Shown here piece by piece: positions 1 to 10,252 of a stretch of 64,000 nt of DNA. Each line of letters opens with the position of its first letter. The first letter of the stretch is position 1. The notes below the pieces were generated by a model, which worked only from the letters and a program-made list of their open reading frames with translations, was not told where the DNA came from and searched no databases. A program made the position numbers and the translations under genes. Source of the DNA: an uncultured Thermoleophilia bacterium (GTDB lineage Bacteria > Actinomycetota > Thermoleophilia > UBA2241); the NCBI GenBank assembly GCA_963715985.1, contig CAVQSP010000013.1, positions 544,001-608,000 of the forward strand. The letters run 5' to 3'.

Positions 1-287
1 TCGTGGTGGGCAAGCACTCGGGCACGCGCACCATCTACCGCAAGTTCCAGGAGTTCGGCCTCGAGCTCTCGCAGGCCGACTGCGCGGGCGTCCTCGAGCT
101 GGTGCGCCAGACCGCCGTGGAGCTCAAGCGCGCCCTGTTCGACAAGGAGCTCATGTACATCTACCAGGACTACCTGGGGCGGCTCGGCGACGCCGTACCG
201 ATGGGCAACGGCGACAAGGCCGTCGAAGCCGCCGCGGCCGCCGCGGCGGAGCCGGCGCCGGCCGCGCCGGCCGGGGCGGCGCCGTGA
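1..287 (+). CDS. C-terminal part of homocitrate synthase / Re-citrate synthase (NifV/AksA-like), truncated by window edge
   Basis: GKHSG motif and LKRALFDKELMYIY tail; precedes aconitase-family and IDH genes. Confidence 0.7.
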   Translation, partial: VVGKHSGTRTIYRKFQEFGLELSQADCAGVLELVRQTAVELKRALFDKELMYIYQDYLGRLGDAVPMGNGDKAVEAAAAAAAEPAPAAPAGAAP

Positions 288-1540
288 CCGCGCTCACGCT
301 CGCCGAGAAGATCCTCGCGGCGCACGCCGGCCTCGAGTCCGTGGTGCCGGGCCAGATCGTGGTCGCCGATGTGGACGTGGCCATCGCCCAGGACGGCACC
401 GGCCCGCTGGCCATCCAGCAGATCGAGGAGCTGGGCGTGGCCTGCGTCAAGGCGCCCACGTGCGTGTTCTTCATCGACCACGCGGCGCCGGCTCCGCGCA
501 GCGAGCTGGCCAACGCGCAGAAGACCATCAGGGCGTTCTGCGCGAGCTCCGGCGCCACGCTCAGCGACGTGGAGATGGGCGTCTGCCACCAGCGCGTGGC
601 CGAGAGCTACGCGCGGCCCGGTGACCTCGTCATCGGCGCCGACTCGCACACCTGCACGGCCGGCGCCCTGGGCGCCTTCGCCACCGGCATGGGCAGCACA
701 GACGTGGCCGTGGGCATGGCCACGGGCAAGACCTGGCTGCGCGTGCCGGAGACGTTCCGTATCGCCGTCGAGGGCGCGCTGGCCGACGGCGTGGAGGCCA
801 AGGACCTGATGCTCACGCTCATCGGCACGCTGGGCGCCGACGGCGCCACGTACAAGGCGCTGGAGTTCGGGGGGCCGGGCATCGACGCCCTGCCCATGCC
901 CGGCCGCTTGACCCTGAGCAACATGTCGGTGGAGGCCGGCGCCAAGGCCGGCCTAATGCCCAGCGACGGCGTGACGCGCGGCTTTCTCGCCGAGCTGGGG
1001 CGCGAGGGCGACTGGCGCCCGCTCGCGCCCGACCCCGGCGCCGCCTACGAGCGCGTCGTCCCCGTGGACGCGGCCGCCGTGGTGCCCACGGTGGCCCGGC
1101 CGCACACCGTGGACAACGTGGCGCCGGCCGCGGAGCTCAAAGGAGTCAAAGTGGACCAGGTGCTCGTCGGCACCTGCACCAACGGTCGCCTCGCCGACCT
1201 GCGTTCGGCGGCGCGCCTGCTGCGCGGGCGCCGCCGCGCGCCGCACACGCGGCTCATCATCACGCCGGCCTCGCAGGCCGTTGCCCGCGACGCCGTGGCC
1301 GAGGGTCTCTACGATGTGTTCTGGGACGCCGGCGCCGTGATCACGAATCCCGGGTGCGGCGCCTGCGTGGGCGTGCACGAAGGCATCCTCGGTGACGGCG
1401 AGGTGTGCGTGAGCACCGCCAACCGCAACTTCCACGGGCGCATGGGCAATCCCGAGGCGTCCATCTACCTGGCCTCGCCGGCCACCGCGGCCGCCTCGGC
1501 CGTGGCCGGCGAGATCACAGACCCCAGAGAACTTCTTTAG
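284..1540 (+). CDS. leuC: Aconitase/isopropylmalate dehydratase/homoaconitase large subunit (LeuC/HacA family)
   Basis: [22 protein letters not shown] and STANRNF motifs. Confidence 0.9.
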   Translation: MTALTLAEKILAAHAGLESVVPGQIVVADVDVAIAQDGTGPLAIQQIEELGVACVKAPTCVFFIDHAAPAPRSELANAQKTIRAFCASSGATLSDVEMGVCHQRVAESYARPGDLVIGADSHTCTAGALGAFATGMGSTDVAVGMATGKTWLRVPETFRIAVEGALADGVEAKDLMLTLIGTLGADGATYKALEFGGPGIDALPMPGRLTLSNMSVEAGAKAGLMPSDGVTRGFLAELGREGDWRPLAPDPGAAYERVVPVDAAAVVPTVARPHTVDNVAPAAELKGVKVDQVLVGTCTNGRLADLRSAARLLRGRRRAPHTRLIITPASQAVARDAVAEGLYDVFWDAGAVITNPGCGACVGVHEGILGDGEVCVSTANRNFHGRMGNPEASIYLASPATAAASAVAGEITDPRELL

Positions 1541-1553
1541 AAAGGAGGACGCC

Positions 1554-2075
1554 GTGGCCAAGCAATACGACGCCCCGCCGCCCACTGTCATCGACACCGC
1601 CAAGCGCTACGTCGCCACGATCAGCACCGACAAGGGCGACATCGTCATCGAGCTGTTCGCCGACAAGGCGCCGAACACCGTGAACAACTTCGTCTACCTC
1701 GCTCGTGACGGCTATTACGACGGCGTCACGTTCCACCGCGTCATCAAGGGCTTCATGGCCCAGGGTGGCGACCCCACCGGCTCGGGTCGTGGCGGCCCCG
1801 GCTACAAGTTCAAGGACGAGTTCCACCCCTCGCTGCGGCACGACCAGCCGGGCATTCTCTCCATGGCCAACGCCGGTCCGGACACCAACGGGTCGCAGTT
1901 CTTCATCACCTACCGCGACACCCCCCATCTGGACGGCAAGCACGCCGTGTTCGGGCGTGTGGTGGAGGGCATGGACGTGCTCGAGTCGATCCCGGAGCGC
2001 GATCCCATGCGCGCCTCGGAGCCCGGTGTGACCATGAACACGGTGACCGTCGCCGAGGAGGAGTGGATCACGTGA
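1554..2075 (+). CDS. Cyclophilin-type peptidyl-prolyl isomerase
   Basis: [43 protein letters not shown]; RBS AAAGGAGG. Confidence 0.95.
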   Translation: MAKQYDAPPPTVIDTAKRYVATISTDKGDIVIELFADKAPNTVNNFVYLARDGYYDGVTFHRVIKGFMAQGGDPTGSGRGGPGYKFKDEFHPSLRHDQPGILSMANAGPDTNGSQFFITYRDTPHLDGKHAVFGRVVEGMDVLESIPERDPMRASEPGVTMNTVTVAEEEWIT

Positions 2076-2587
2076 GCGACGGCCGGCTCCACGGGCGCGC
2101 CTGGCTCTTCGGGGACGACATCTCCACCGACCACATCGCCCCCGGCCGTCTCTTTCACCTGCGCACCGACCTGCCGGAGCTGGCCAAGCACGTGCTCGAG
2201 GACGCGCGCCCGGAGTTCGCCGGGCGGATGAGCCCGGGCGACTTCGTCGTGGGCGGCCGCAACTTCGGCCTCGGCTCGAGCCGCGAGCACGCGCCGCGCA
2301 TCGTCAAGATCGCCGGCGTGGGCGCCGTGCTCGCGCGGAGCTTCGCGCGCATCTTCTTCCGCAACGCCATCAATGTCGGACTGCCGGTGCTGCAGTGCGA
2401 CACCTCGGGCATCGGTGAGCAGGACGAGCTCGAGGTGGACCTTGCCGCCGGGGAGGTGCGTGACCTCACCACCGGGGCCGTGATCCCCTTCGTCCCACTG
2501 CCGCCGGTGATGGTCACCATCCTCGAGGACGGCGGGCTGGTGGCCCACGTCAAGAAGCACGACGGCTTCGCCCTCCCCGAGGGCTGA
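2072..2587 (+). CDS. leuD: Dehydratase small subunit (LeuD/HacB family)
   Basis: [36 protein letters not shown]; GTGA overlap with the PPIase stop. Confidence 0.9.
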   Translation: MSDGRLHGRAWLFGDDISTDHIAPGRLFHLRTDLPELAKHVLEDARPEFAGRMSPGDFVVGGRNFGLGSSREHAPRIVKIAGVGAVLARSFARIFFRNAINVGLPVLQCDTSGIGEQDELEVDLAAGEVRDLTTGAVIPFVPLPPVMVTILEDGGLVAHVKKHDGFALPEG

Positions 2588-2642
2588 CCGCGAAGGCCGG
2601 GAGGCCGGGCCGGACGCCCGCGCCGAGACTCTCAGGAGCGTC

Positions 2643-3647
2643 ATGACCTACACAGTCACCTTGATCCCGGGCGACGGCACCGGCCCTGAGCTGGCCGCCG
2701 CCCTCGAGACCGTCATCGCCGCCACCGGCGTGCCCATCCTCTGGGAGGTACACGACGCCGGTCTGGGCGTGATGGAGGAGTACGGTACGCCGCTGCCCGA
2801 GCACGTGCTCGACTCCATCCGCCGCACCAAGGTGGCCATCAAGGGACCTATCACCACGCCGGTCGGCACCGGCTTCCGCAGTGTCAACGTGGCCTTGCGC
2901 AAAGAGCTCGACCTGTACGCCTGCCTGCGTCCGGCCAAGACCATGAAGGGCGTGCGCACGCGCTTCGAGGACATCGACCTCGTGGTCGTGCGTGAGAACA
3001 CCGAGGACCTGTACGCGGGCATCGAGCACATGGTGGGCCCGGACGCCGCCGAGAGCATCAAGATCATCACCCGGCGCGGCAGCGAGCGCATCGTGCGCTT
3101 CGCCTTCGACTACGCGCGGCGCCACGAGCGCGGCAAGGTGACGGCGGTGCACAAGGCCAACATCATGAAGTGCACCGACGGCTTGTTCCTGAGTGTCGCC
3201 CGCGAGGTCGCCGCGCTGTACCCCGACATCGAGTTCGAGGACCGCATCGTCGACAACATGTGCATGCAGCTCGTGCAGAAGCCGGAGCTGTACGACGTCC
3301 TCGTGCTGCCCAACCTGTACGGCGACATCGTCAGCGACCTGTGCGCCGGCCTCATCGGCGGTCTCGGCGTGGCGCCGGGGGCCAACTTCGGCGACACCGC
3401 CGCCGTGTTCGAGCCCGTGCACGGCAGCGCCCCCAAGTACGCCGGCCAGGACAAGGTGAACCCCATGGCCCTGCTGCGCTCGGGCGTGCTGCTGCTGGAG
3501 CACCTCGGCGAGGCCGAGGCCGCGCGGCGCATGGAAGCCGCCATCGCGGCCGTTGTCGCCGAGGGCCGCCACGTCACCTACGACCTCGGGGGCACGGCCG
3601 GCACCAGCGGCATGGCCGCCGCCATCGCCGCCCGCATCGGCGCCTGA
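2643..3647 (+). CDS. NAD-dependent isocitrate (or homoisocitrate) dehydrogenase
   Basis: [52 protein letters not shown]. Confidence 0.88.
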   Translation: MTYTVTLIPGDGTGPELAAALETVIAATGVPILWEVHDAGLGVMEEYGTPLPEHVLDSIRRTKVAIKGPITTPVGTGFRSVNVALRKELDLYACLRPAKTMKGVRTRFEDIDLVVVRENTEDLYAGIEHMVGPDAAESIKIITRRGSERIVRFAFDYARRHERGKVTAVHKANIMKCTDGLFLSVAREVAALYPDIEFEDRIVDNMCMQLVQKPELYDVLVLPNLYGDIVSDLCAGLIGGLGVAPGANFGDTAAVFEPVHGSAPKYAGQDKVNPMALLRSGVLLLEHLGEAEAARRMEAAIAAVVAEGRHVTYDLGGTAGTSGMAAAIAARIGA

Positions 3648-3673
3648 CGGCGCCACTCCAGAAGGAGGCTCCC

Positions 3674-3964
3674 TTGGAGGAGCAAGAGAAGCGCATCAAC
3701 CTGCACGCCACGCCCAAGAAGATGGCCGGCGTGTACGCCAACTTCGCCAACGTCAGCCATTCCGAGTACGAGTTCTCCATCACGTTCGTGCGCCTGGACC
3801 ACGAGAGCGACGACCCGGGCGAGATGCAGGGCGTCGTGGTGAGCCGCGTGAACCTCTCGCCGCGGTTCATGAAGGAGCTGCTGGAGGCCATGACGGACAA
3901 CTACAGCAAGTGGCAGGCGGCCGAGAACATCAAGAACCTCCCCGAGGCGCCCGGAAGAGATTGA
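3674..3964 (+). CDS. DUF3467-like small protein
   Basis: GVYANFANVSHSEYEFSITF pattern; TTG start after AAGGAGG. Confidence 0.7.
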   Translation: MEEQEKRINLHATPKKMAGVYANFANVSHSEYEFSITFVRLDHESDDPGEMQGVVVSRVNLSPRFMKELLEAMTDNYSKWQAAENIKNLPEAPGRD

Positions 3965-4462
3965 CCGCCGCAGGCGGGTCAACGTCGGGTGGGCCGAAGG
4001 CACACCCGACACTGACCGGCGCGCAGCGCCGGCGCCCCCAGCCACCCGTCGCCACCCGCCCGGGAGCTCGACCCCCCGCCTGAGGTCATGCTCGCGATCG
4101 CGGATTCAAGCAATGGCACGTCCAGACGTACGTTTGCTCGAAACCCGCGCAGGGACCGTGACGCCGGCCAGCCGGCGCCGGCGATGCGGCAGTGCGGACC
4201 GGCGGCGCACGGACGGCGTGCCGGCGTCGGCACCGGCCGCGCGCCGCCGCCCGCTGCCGCGAGCGCGCGGGACATTATGGCCAACCCGGGCCGGTGTTCG
4301 GCTCCGTTTCTGCCTTGTTAGCAGGGGCTTTGTTGCCCGGTGGTCGCCCGTTGGCTAGAATGGCGAGGCCTGTGATCCCACCGTTCCCGCGTTCGTGAGG
4401 GGGGTACCTCGACGCGTCCCCGGAGCGGCGGAGAACCCGTCATTCGTTCTCAGGAGGACGCA

Positions 4463-6265
4463 TTGGACTTCTACAAGGGCAGAGTGCTCAGGATCGACCT
4501 GAGCGCGGGAACCTCCGCCGTGGAGCCACTCAACATGGAGTGGGCCGAGAAATACATCGGCGGCAAGGGCCTGCTTCTGCGGTACATGTGGGACGAGGTC
4601 CCCGCCAAGGTCGATCCGTGGGCGCCCGAGAACCCCGTCATCCTCATGACCGGGCCATTCGCCGGCACCAGCGTGAGCACGGCGTCGCGTCTGGTGGTGG
4701 GCTGCAAGAGCCCACAGACCGGGATCCTCAACGACAGCTACGTGGGCGGCTCGTTTGCCCCCGAGATGAAGTTCGCCGGCTACGACGCCATCATCATCCA
4801 GGGCGAGTCGCCCGAGCCGGTCGTCATCGCCATCAAGGACGACGTCGTGGAGTTCATCCCGGCCAAGCCCAAGTACTGGGGCCTCAAGACCTCTGAGATC
4901 GAAGAGGCGATGCGCCGGGACGTCGACCCCGACGCCAAGACCCTCTCCATCGGCCCGGCCGGCGAGAACGAGGTCCTCTGGGCCTGCCTCTCCACCGACC
5001 AGTACCACAAAGCCGGGAGGGGCGGTCACGGCGCCCTCTGGGGCCACAAGAAGCTCAAGGCCATCGCCATCCGCGGCACCGGGTCCGTGGAGGTCGGCGA
5101 CGCCAAGGCGTTCCTCGCCGACCTCTACCGCATCCACACCGACTACGTGCTCACCGAGGACAACCTGTGGGCCAACGAAGAGGGCACGCCGGTCCTGGGC
5201 CAGATCATGAGCGACGCGGGCGTCATCCCCACGCGCAACTGGTCCTCGGGCACGTTCGACCTGATGGAGAACATCAACTCGGACGCGTTCATCAAGATCC
5301 GCACCAAGAACCGCGCCTGCTACCAGTGCGCCATCGGCTGCCGGCAGTTCCACGAGGTGGACGGCATCGTCGGCGAGGGGCCGGAGTACGAGACCATCGC
5401 CCTGTGCGGCGCCAACTGCGGCATCGGTGACATCGCCGCCCTGTCCCGGTTCAACCACCTCTGCGACGAGCTGGGTCTGGACACCATCTCCAGCGGCAGC
5501 GTCGTCGGCCTGGCCATGGACCTCACCGAGAAGGGCATCAAGGACTTCGGCCTGCACTTCGGCGAGGCAGAGGGCTACCTGGCGGCGCCGGCGCTCATCG
5601 CCGCCAAGGAGGGCCTGGGCGCTGAGCTGGCACTCGGTTCGCGCGCCTTGGCCGCCAGGTACGGCCACCCCGAGATGGCGATGGAGGTCAAGAACATGGA
5701 GCTGCCGGGCTACGACCCGCGCGGCTCCTTCGGCATGAGCCTCGGCTACGCCACCTCGGACCGCGGCGGCTGCCACATGCGCACGTATCCCATCGCCGAC
5801 GAGATCGTCGGCGGCACCCTGCCGCCGGACTCGCTCGAGGGCAAGGCGATGAAGGTCGTCTGGGGCAACCCCGCCGAGGGCATGATCGGCGAGAACTTCA
5901 GCGCCGTGAAGTTCTGCGGCATCTGGTGCGACTTCTGGGCCGTGACGCCCGAGCAGATCGGGCAGATCTTCAAGCACGCCTGGAAGCGCGAGTTCAGCGA
6001 TGCAGAGGTGTTCCAGATCGGCGAGCGCGTGTGGAACCTCGGGCGGCTGTTCAACCTGCGCGAGGGCGTGGAGCCGGACACCATCCCGCACAAGCTCTAC
6101 GCGGAAGAGCACGCCCACACGGAGGGCGCCTCGGCCGGCCGGTCCATCGGCACCGAGACGTTCAAACAGGCGCTGCAGGACTTCTACCAGATCCGCGGGT
6201 GGGACGAGAGCGGCGTGCCAAGCGAAGCCAAGCTCGCTGAGCTCGGCGTCGACGTGCGACTCTGA
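4463..6265 (+). CDS. aor: Aldehyde:ferredoxin oxidoreductase (tungsten, AOR family)
   Basis: YIGGKG, KSPQTG, IGPAGEN, AGRGGHGA, CYQCAIGC, GPEYET, DELGLDTIS, DPRG, RGGCH; TTG start after AGGAGG. Confidence 0.93.
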   Translation: MDFYKGRVLRIDLSAGTSAVEPLNMEWAEKYIGGKGLLLRYMWDEVPAKVDPWAPENPVILMTGPFAGTSVSTASRLVVGCKSPQTGILNDSYVGGSFAPEMKFAGYDAIIIQGESPEPVVIAIKDDVVEFIPAKPKYWGLKTSEIEEAMRRDVDPDAKTLSIGPAGENEVLWACLSTDQYHKAGRGGHGALWGHKKLKAIAIRGTGSVEVGDAKAFLADLYRIHTDYVLTEDNLWANEEGTPVLGQIMSDAGVIPTRNWSSGTFDLMENINSDAFIKIRTKNRACYQCAIGCRQFHEVDGIVGEGPEYETIALCGANCGIGDIAALSRFNHLCDELGLDTISSGSVVGLAMDLTEKGIKDFGLHFGEAEGYLAAPALIAAKEGLGAELALGSRALAARYGHPEMAMEVKNMELPGYDPRGSFGMSLGYATSDRGGCHMRTYPIADEIVGGTLPPDSLEGKAMKVVWGNPAEGMIGENFSAVKFCGIWCDFWAVTPEQIGQIFKHAWKREFSDAEVFQIGERVWNLGRLFNLREGVEPDTIPHKLYAEEHAHTEGASAGRSIGTETFKQALQDFYQIRGWDESGVPSEAKLAELGVDVRL

Positions 6266-6294
6266 CGGCTGACGCCGGACGAAGGGAGTGACAC

Positions 6295-6795
6295 ATGCCT
6301 CACGTGATGATCTCGAGCAAGAAGTGCACCGGCTGCCACATGTGCGAGCTGGCCTGCTCCGCCTACCATGAGGGCGCCTACCGGCCGTCCGTGGCCCGCC
6401 TGTTCTCGGAGGTCAATCCGACCACCGGCGCCATCAAGGGCCACACCTGTCTGCAGACGGGGTGCTCCAAGTGCCAGAAGGCCTGCCCCAACGACGCCAT
6501 CGTGACCAAAGAGATCACGATGGCCGTCACGGGGGAGTTCGCCGCCAAAGCGAAGGTCGGCGAGAGCGTCAAGGGCTATGTGCTCGTCGTCGTCGACGAG
6601 CTCTGCACCAACTGCGGCGAGTGCTACGACGTCTGCCCCACCGGCGTCATCCACGAGCATCCCGACAAGGAGGTCGCGTACAAGTGCGACCTCTGCGACG
6701 GCTCTCCGCAGTGCATCGCCTTCTGCCAGAACCCGCACGTGCTCGCCGTGGACCTCAAGGTCGACCGGCAGGACAAGGAACTGGCGGCGGTCTGA
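6295..6795 (+). CDS. 4Fe-4S dicluster protein (AOR electron-transfer subunit)
   Basis: CTGCHMCELAC, CQKACP, CTNCGECYDVCP, KCDLC motifs. Confidence 0.9.
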   Translation: MPHVMISSKKCTGCHMCELACSAYHEGAYRPSVARLFSEVNPTTGAIKGHTCLQTGCSKCQKACPNDAIVTKEITMAVTGEFAAKAKVGESVKGYVLVVVDELCTNCGECYDVCPTGVIHEHPDKEVAYKCDLCDGSPQCIAFCQNPHVLAVDLKVDRQDKELAAV

Positions 6796-6799
6796 CGCC

Positions 6800-7069
6800 G
6801 TGGCCACCGCGTTCGTCAAACTGCCCGTGGGCATGACCACCACCGGCGGGCGCCGCGAAGTGGAGTGCGACGGCGCCACCGTGCGAGAGGTCATCGAGCA
6901 GGCCATCGCGGCCGAGCCGCGCATGCGCGCGCGCATCTTCCGCGAGGACGGGCGCATGTACGCCGGCGTGTTCATCAACGGGCGCAACATCAACGCCCTT
7001 GAGGGCATGGACACGCCCATCGCCGACGGCGACAAGCTCAGCGTGCTGCCCCCGCTCTCAGGCGGCTGA
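6800..7069 (+). CDS. MoaD/ThiS-family sulfur carrier
   Basis: ~90 aa, ends in PPLSGG; follows AOR. Confidence 0.88.
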   Translation: MATAFVKLPVGMTTTGGRREVECDGATVREVIEQAIAAEPRMRARIFREDGRMYAGVFINGRNINALEGMDTPIADGDKLSVLPPLSGG

Positions 7070-7091
7070 CGCCGCGGACGCGGTGAAGGGG

Positions 7092-7133
7092 GGCGGGGCC
7101 GGCGCTCGAAGGAGCACCGGCCCCGCTTTCGTT
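7092..7133 (+). terminator. Intrinsic terminator of the AOR operon
   Basis: GCGGGGCCGG-GCTC GAAG GAGC-CCGGCCCCGC stem followed by TTTCGTT. Confidence 0.7.
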
Positions 7134-7147
7134 GGTAGACTGTCCGC

Positions 7148-7810
7148 ATGGATGCAGCGGACACACGACGCCGCCTCGAGACTGCGGGCCTCGTCGAGGC
7201 GGTGGAGGGCCGGGCGAGCGTGCGCAAGTACCTGCCCGACCCCGTACCGCGCGATGACGTCACGGCGATGGTGGCCTTGGCGACCCGCGCCGCCAACGCC
7301 GGCAACGCGCAGATGTGGCGGTTCATCGCCGTGGACGACGCCGTCACGCAGATCGCCATGCGCCAGGCCGTGGACGAGGCCATCGACGAGATGGCGGCGT
7401 GGCCCGAGCTGGCCGGCAAGGCGAAGGAGATCAAGGCGCTGCGCGTGTACTCCACGTTCTTCGTCGACGCGCCGCTGGTGGTCGCCGTGTTCGGCTACCC
7501 GTATCTCGCGCGTGCCGACGAGATGCTGGACGCGCGCGGCGTGGGCGTGGAGGAGCGCGACAGGCTGCGCGCCCGGCCCGACCTGCAGAGCATCGGGGCG
7601 GCCGTCCAGCTCTTCTGCACGGCTGCCCACGCCCTCGGCTACGGCGCCTGCTGGATGACGGCGCCGGTGCTGGGTGCCCTCGCCATCGAGGAGCTCCTCG
7701 GGGTGGAGCCGCCGGCCAAGCTCGTGGCCGTCGTGCCCGTGGGCAGGCCGGCAGGCGCCGTGCGGCCGACGTCCAGGCGCCCTGTGGAGGACGTGCTCGA
7801 GTTCCGCTGA
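7148..7810 (+). CDS. Nitroreductase-family flavoprotein
   Basis: RASVRKY, AANAGNAQMWRF, AAHALGYGACWM; TAGACT -10 just upstream (leaderless). Confidence 0.85.
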   Translation: MDAADTRRRLETAGLVEAVEGRASVRKYLPDPVPRDDVTAMVALATRAANAGNAQMWRFIAVDDAVTQIAMRQAVDEAIDEMAAWPELAGKAKEIKALRVYSTFFVDAPLVVAVFGYPYLARADEMLDARGVGVEERDRLRARPDLQSIGAAVQLFCTAAHALGYGACWMTAPVLGALAIEELLGVEPPAKLVAVVPVGRPAGAVRPTSRRPVEDVLEFR

Positions 7811-7831
7811 ACCGGGGTGCGGCAGTCCGGC

Positions 7832-7861
7832 TTGCCACCTCTGCCCGTGCGTAGGTACACT
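7832..7861 (+). promoter_or_regulatory. Putative sigma-70-type promoter of pylBCD
   Basis: TTGCCA-18 nt-TACACT. Confidence 0.5.
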
Positions 7862-7927
7862 CGCCTGCGCGGCGACTGTGGCCGTTTCGCAGTCTCCCGG
7901 TCCACCTCTCGAAGGGGGGAACCTCCA

Positions 7928-9008
7928 GTGGCTCAGCCGACGCTCCTCATCGACGACCTCTGCGACAGGGCGCTGTCCGGAGAGAAGCTGGGGGTGCGCG
8001 AGCTGGAGGCGCTGCTCGCGGCCGACGAAGCCGGAGCGGAGACTGTCTTCGCGGCGGCGCGCGACGCCCGGCGCCGCGTCTTCGGGAGCACCGTGTTCCT
8101 CTATGGGTTCGTCTACTTCTCCACCTACTGCCGCAACGAGTGCGCGTTCTGCTTCTACCGCGCCGACAACACGGAGAGTCCGCGGTACCGCAAGACCCTG
8201 GACGAGGTCGTGGCCATCTGCCACGACCTGGCCGGGTCCGGTGTCGTGCTCCTTGACCTCACGATGGGAGAGGACCCCGTCATCCACGACGACCCGGGCT
8301 TTCGCGGGCTGCTGGAACTCGTGTCCTCCGTCCTGGAGGGCAGCGGCCTGCCCGTGATGGTGTCGCCGGGCGTGGTGCCGGGCCCCGTGCTCGCCGACCT
8401 CGCGGCGTGCGGGGCCGACTGGTACGCCCTGTATCAGGAGACCCACACTGCGGAGCTGTACGGGCGCCTGCGCGTCGGACAGCCGTACGCGGCGCGCGCC
8501 GAGGCGCGCAGCGCGGCCCGGCGCGCCGGCCTGCTCGTGGAGGACGGCCTGCTCACCGGCATCGGCGACACGGCCGCAGACCGCGCCCATTCGGTGGCCG
8601 TGATGCGCGAGGCCGCGTGGGAGCAGGTGCGCGTCATGACCTTCGTGCCCCAGGCGGGCACCCCGCTTGCAAGACACCACGCCGGCCGGCGACAACGCCG
8701 AGCTGCTCACGATCGCGGCCATGCGCCTGGCCATGCCGGAGGCGCTCATCCCCGCCTCGCTTGACGTGGACGGCATCGCCGGTCTGGAGCGCCGTCTGAA
8801 CGCCGGTGCCAATGTGGTGACGTCCATCGTCCCGCCCACCGTGGGCCTGGCCGGGGTGTCGCAGAGCGAACTGGACATCGAGGAGGGCCACCGTACCGTC
8901 GAGGGCGTGTTGCCCCACCTCGAGCGGCTCGGGATGCGCGCCGGCTCGGTGGACGAGTACCGCGCCTGGCTGACGGAGGCTCACACCCGCGCTCTGGGGC
9001 ACGCGTGA
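7928..9008 (+). CDS. pylB: Methylornithine synthase PylB (radical SAM); one frameshift near 8670
   Basis: FLYGFVYFSTYCRNECAFCFYR, DLTMGEDP, GADWYALYQET, QVRVMTFVPQAGTP; next frame IPASLDVDGIAGLERRLNAGANVVTSIVPP. Confidence 0.93.
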
Positions 9009-10252
9009 GGCTCCTCGTCGTCGGCGGCAAGCTGCAGGGTACGGAGGCCGCCTATCTGGGCGCCAAAGCGGGCTGGGAGGTCGTCCTCGTGGACCGCCGC
9101 GAGGCTCCCCCTGCGGCCGGCCTCGCCGCCCGTCACATCGTCGCGGACATCACCGCCGACGAGGACCGTGCACGCACGCTGGTGGCCTCCTGCGACGCGG
9201 TGCTGCCCGCCTGCGAGGATCTGGCCACGCTGGAGTGGCTGGCGGCCCGCGTGGAGGGCTGGGGCGTGCCGCTGCTGTTCGACCTCGCGGCCTACCGCGT
9301 CACGCAGTCAAAGGCGGCCTCGAGGGACCTTTTCGAGAGGCTCGGCGTGCCACGCCCCGCGTCGTGGCCGCACTGCGGATTCCCCGCCGTCGTCAAACCG
9401 GACGTGGCCAGCGGCAGCGATGGCGTCGCCGTGGTCGGCGATGAGGTGGAGCTCGAACAGGCCACGGCGGCGCTGCGCGCGGCCGGGCACGAGCCTCTGG
9501 TAGAGGAGTACGTCGCCGGGCCGTCTCTCTGGTACGAGGTCCTCGCCGCCGGCGGACGCTCAAGGGCGCTCCAGGTCACAGGCCTCGAGTTCGACGCCGT
9601 CTACGACTGTAAGCGCGTCGTGGCGCCGGTGGGCGAGGTGGGCGTCGGCGAAGAGCCGGCGCCGGTGGGCGCCGACGGCGGCACGGACTGGGAGCGCAGC
9701 GTGCCCGCCGGCACGCTGGCGGCGTTCGCCGGCGTCTCCGCCCGTCTCGCCGAGGGACTCGGCCTGTGCGGCCTCATGGACGTGGAGGTCATGGTGCGCG
9801 CCGGCGGGCCGCTCGTGCTCGAGATCGACGCCCGGCTGCCCAGCCAGACGCCTACCGCGGTGTACTGGTCCAGCGGTGTCAACATCCTGGAACTGCTGCA
9901 CGAGACGGTCGTGGCCGGCGCGCCCCCGGCGGTCGAGCCGGCCCCGCGCTACGCCTGCGTCTACCAGCACGTGAACGTGCGCGGGGGTTTGGCCGAGGTC
10001 GTGGGCGAGCATGTGATGGGAAGCGCGGCGCCGTTGCGCCTCGTGGAAGGGCTCTTCGGCGCGCACGAGGTGCTCACAGACTACCGCCCGGGCGCGGCCG
10101 AGTGGTGTGCGACGCTCATCACTACGGCGGACACCGCCTCCGGCGCCCGGGAGGCGGCCGACCAGGCGGTCCGGGACCTCGTCTCGCACGAGGGCCTTGA
10201 GCTCGTCCCGGAGAACGGCGCCGGGCGTGTCGACGAAGAGGTGTACAAGTGA
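9005..10252 (+). CDS. pylC: 3-methylornithine--L-lysine ligase PylC (ATP-grasp)
   Basis: VVGGKLQGTEAAYL, YDCKRV, GLMDVEV, LEIDARLPSQTPTAVYWSSGVN, GEHVM. Confidence 0.93.
   Translation: MRLLVVGGKLQGTEAAYLGAKAGWEVVLVDRREAPPAAGLAARHIVADITADEDRARTLVASCDAVLPACEDLATLEWLAARVEGWGVPLLFDLAAYRVTQSKAASRDLFERLGVPRPASWPHCGFPAVVKPDVASGSDGVAVVGDEVELEQATAALRAAGHEPLVEEYVAGPSLWYEVLAAGGRSRALQVTGLEFDAVYDCKRVVAPVGEVGVGEEPAPVGADGGTDWERSVPAGTLAAFAGVSARLAEGLGLCGLMDVEVMVRAGGPLVLEIDARLPSQTPTAVYWSSGVNILELLHETVVAGAPPAVEPAPRYACVYQHVNVRGGLAEVVGEHVMGSAAPLRLVEGLFGAHEVLTDYRPGAAEWCATLITTADTASGAREAADQAVRDLVSHEGLELVPENGAGRVDEEVYK

Noticed and set aside
4355-6118. Long antisense and alternate-frame ORFs (also 25645-27198, 52639-55275, 55853-58345)
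   Set aside because: Shadow ORFs of real genes in high-GC DNA
4463-6795. Selenocysteine recoding in redox genes
   Set aside because: No in-frame TGA within conserved domains and no sel genes seen
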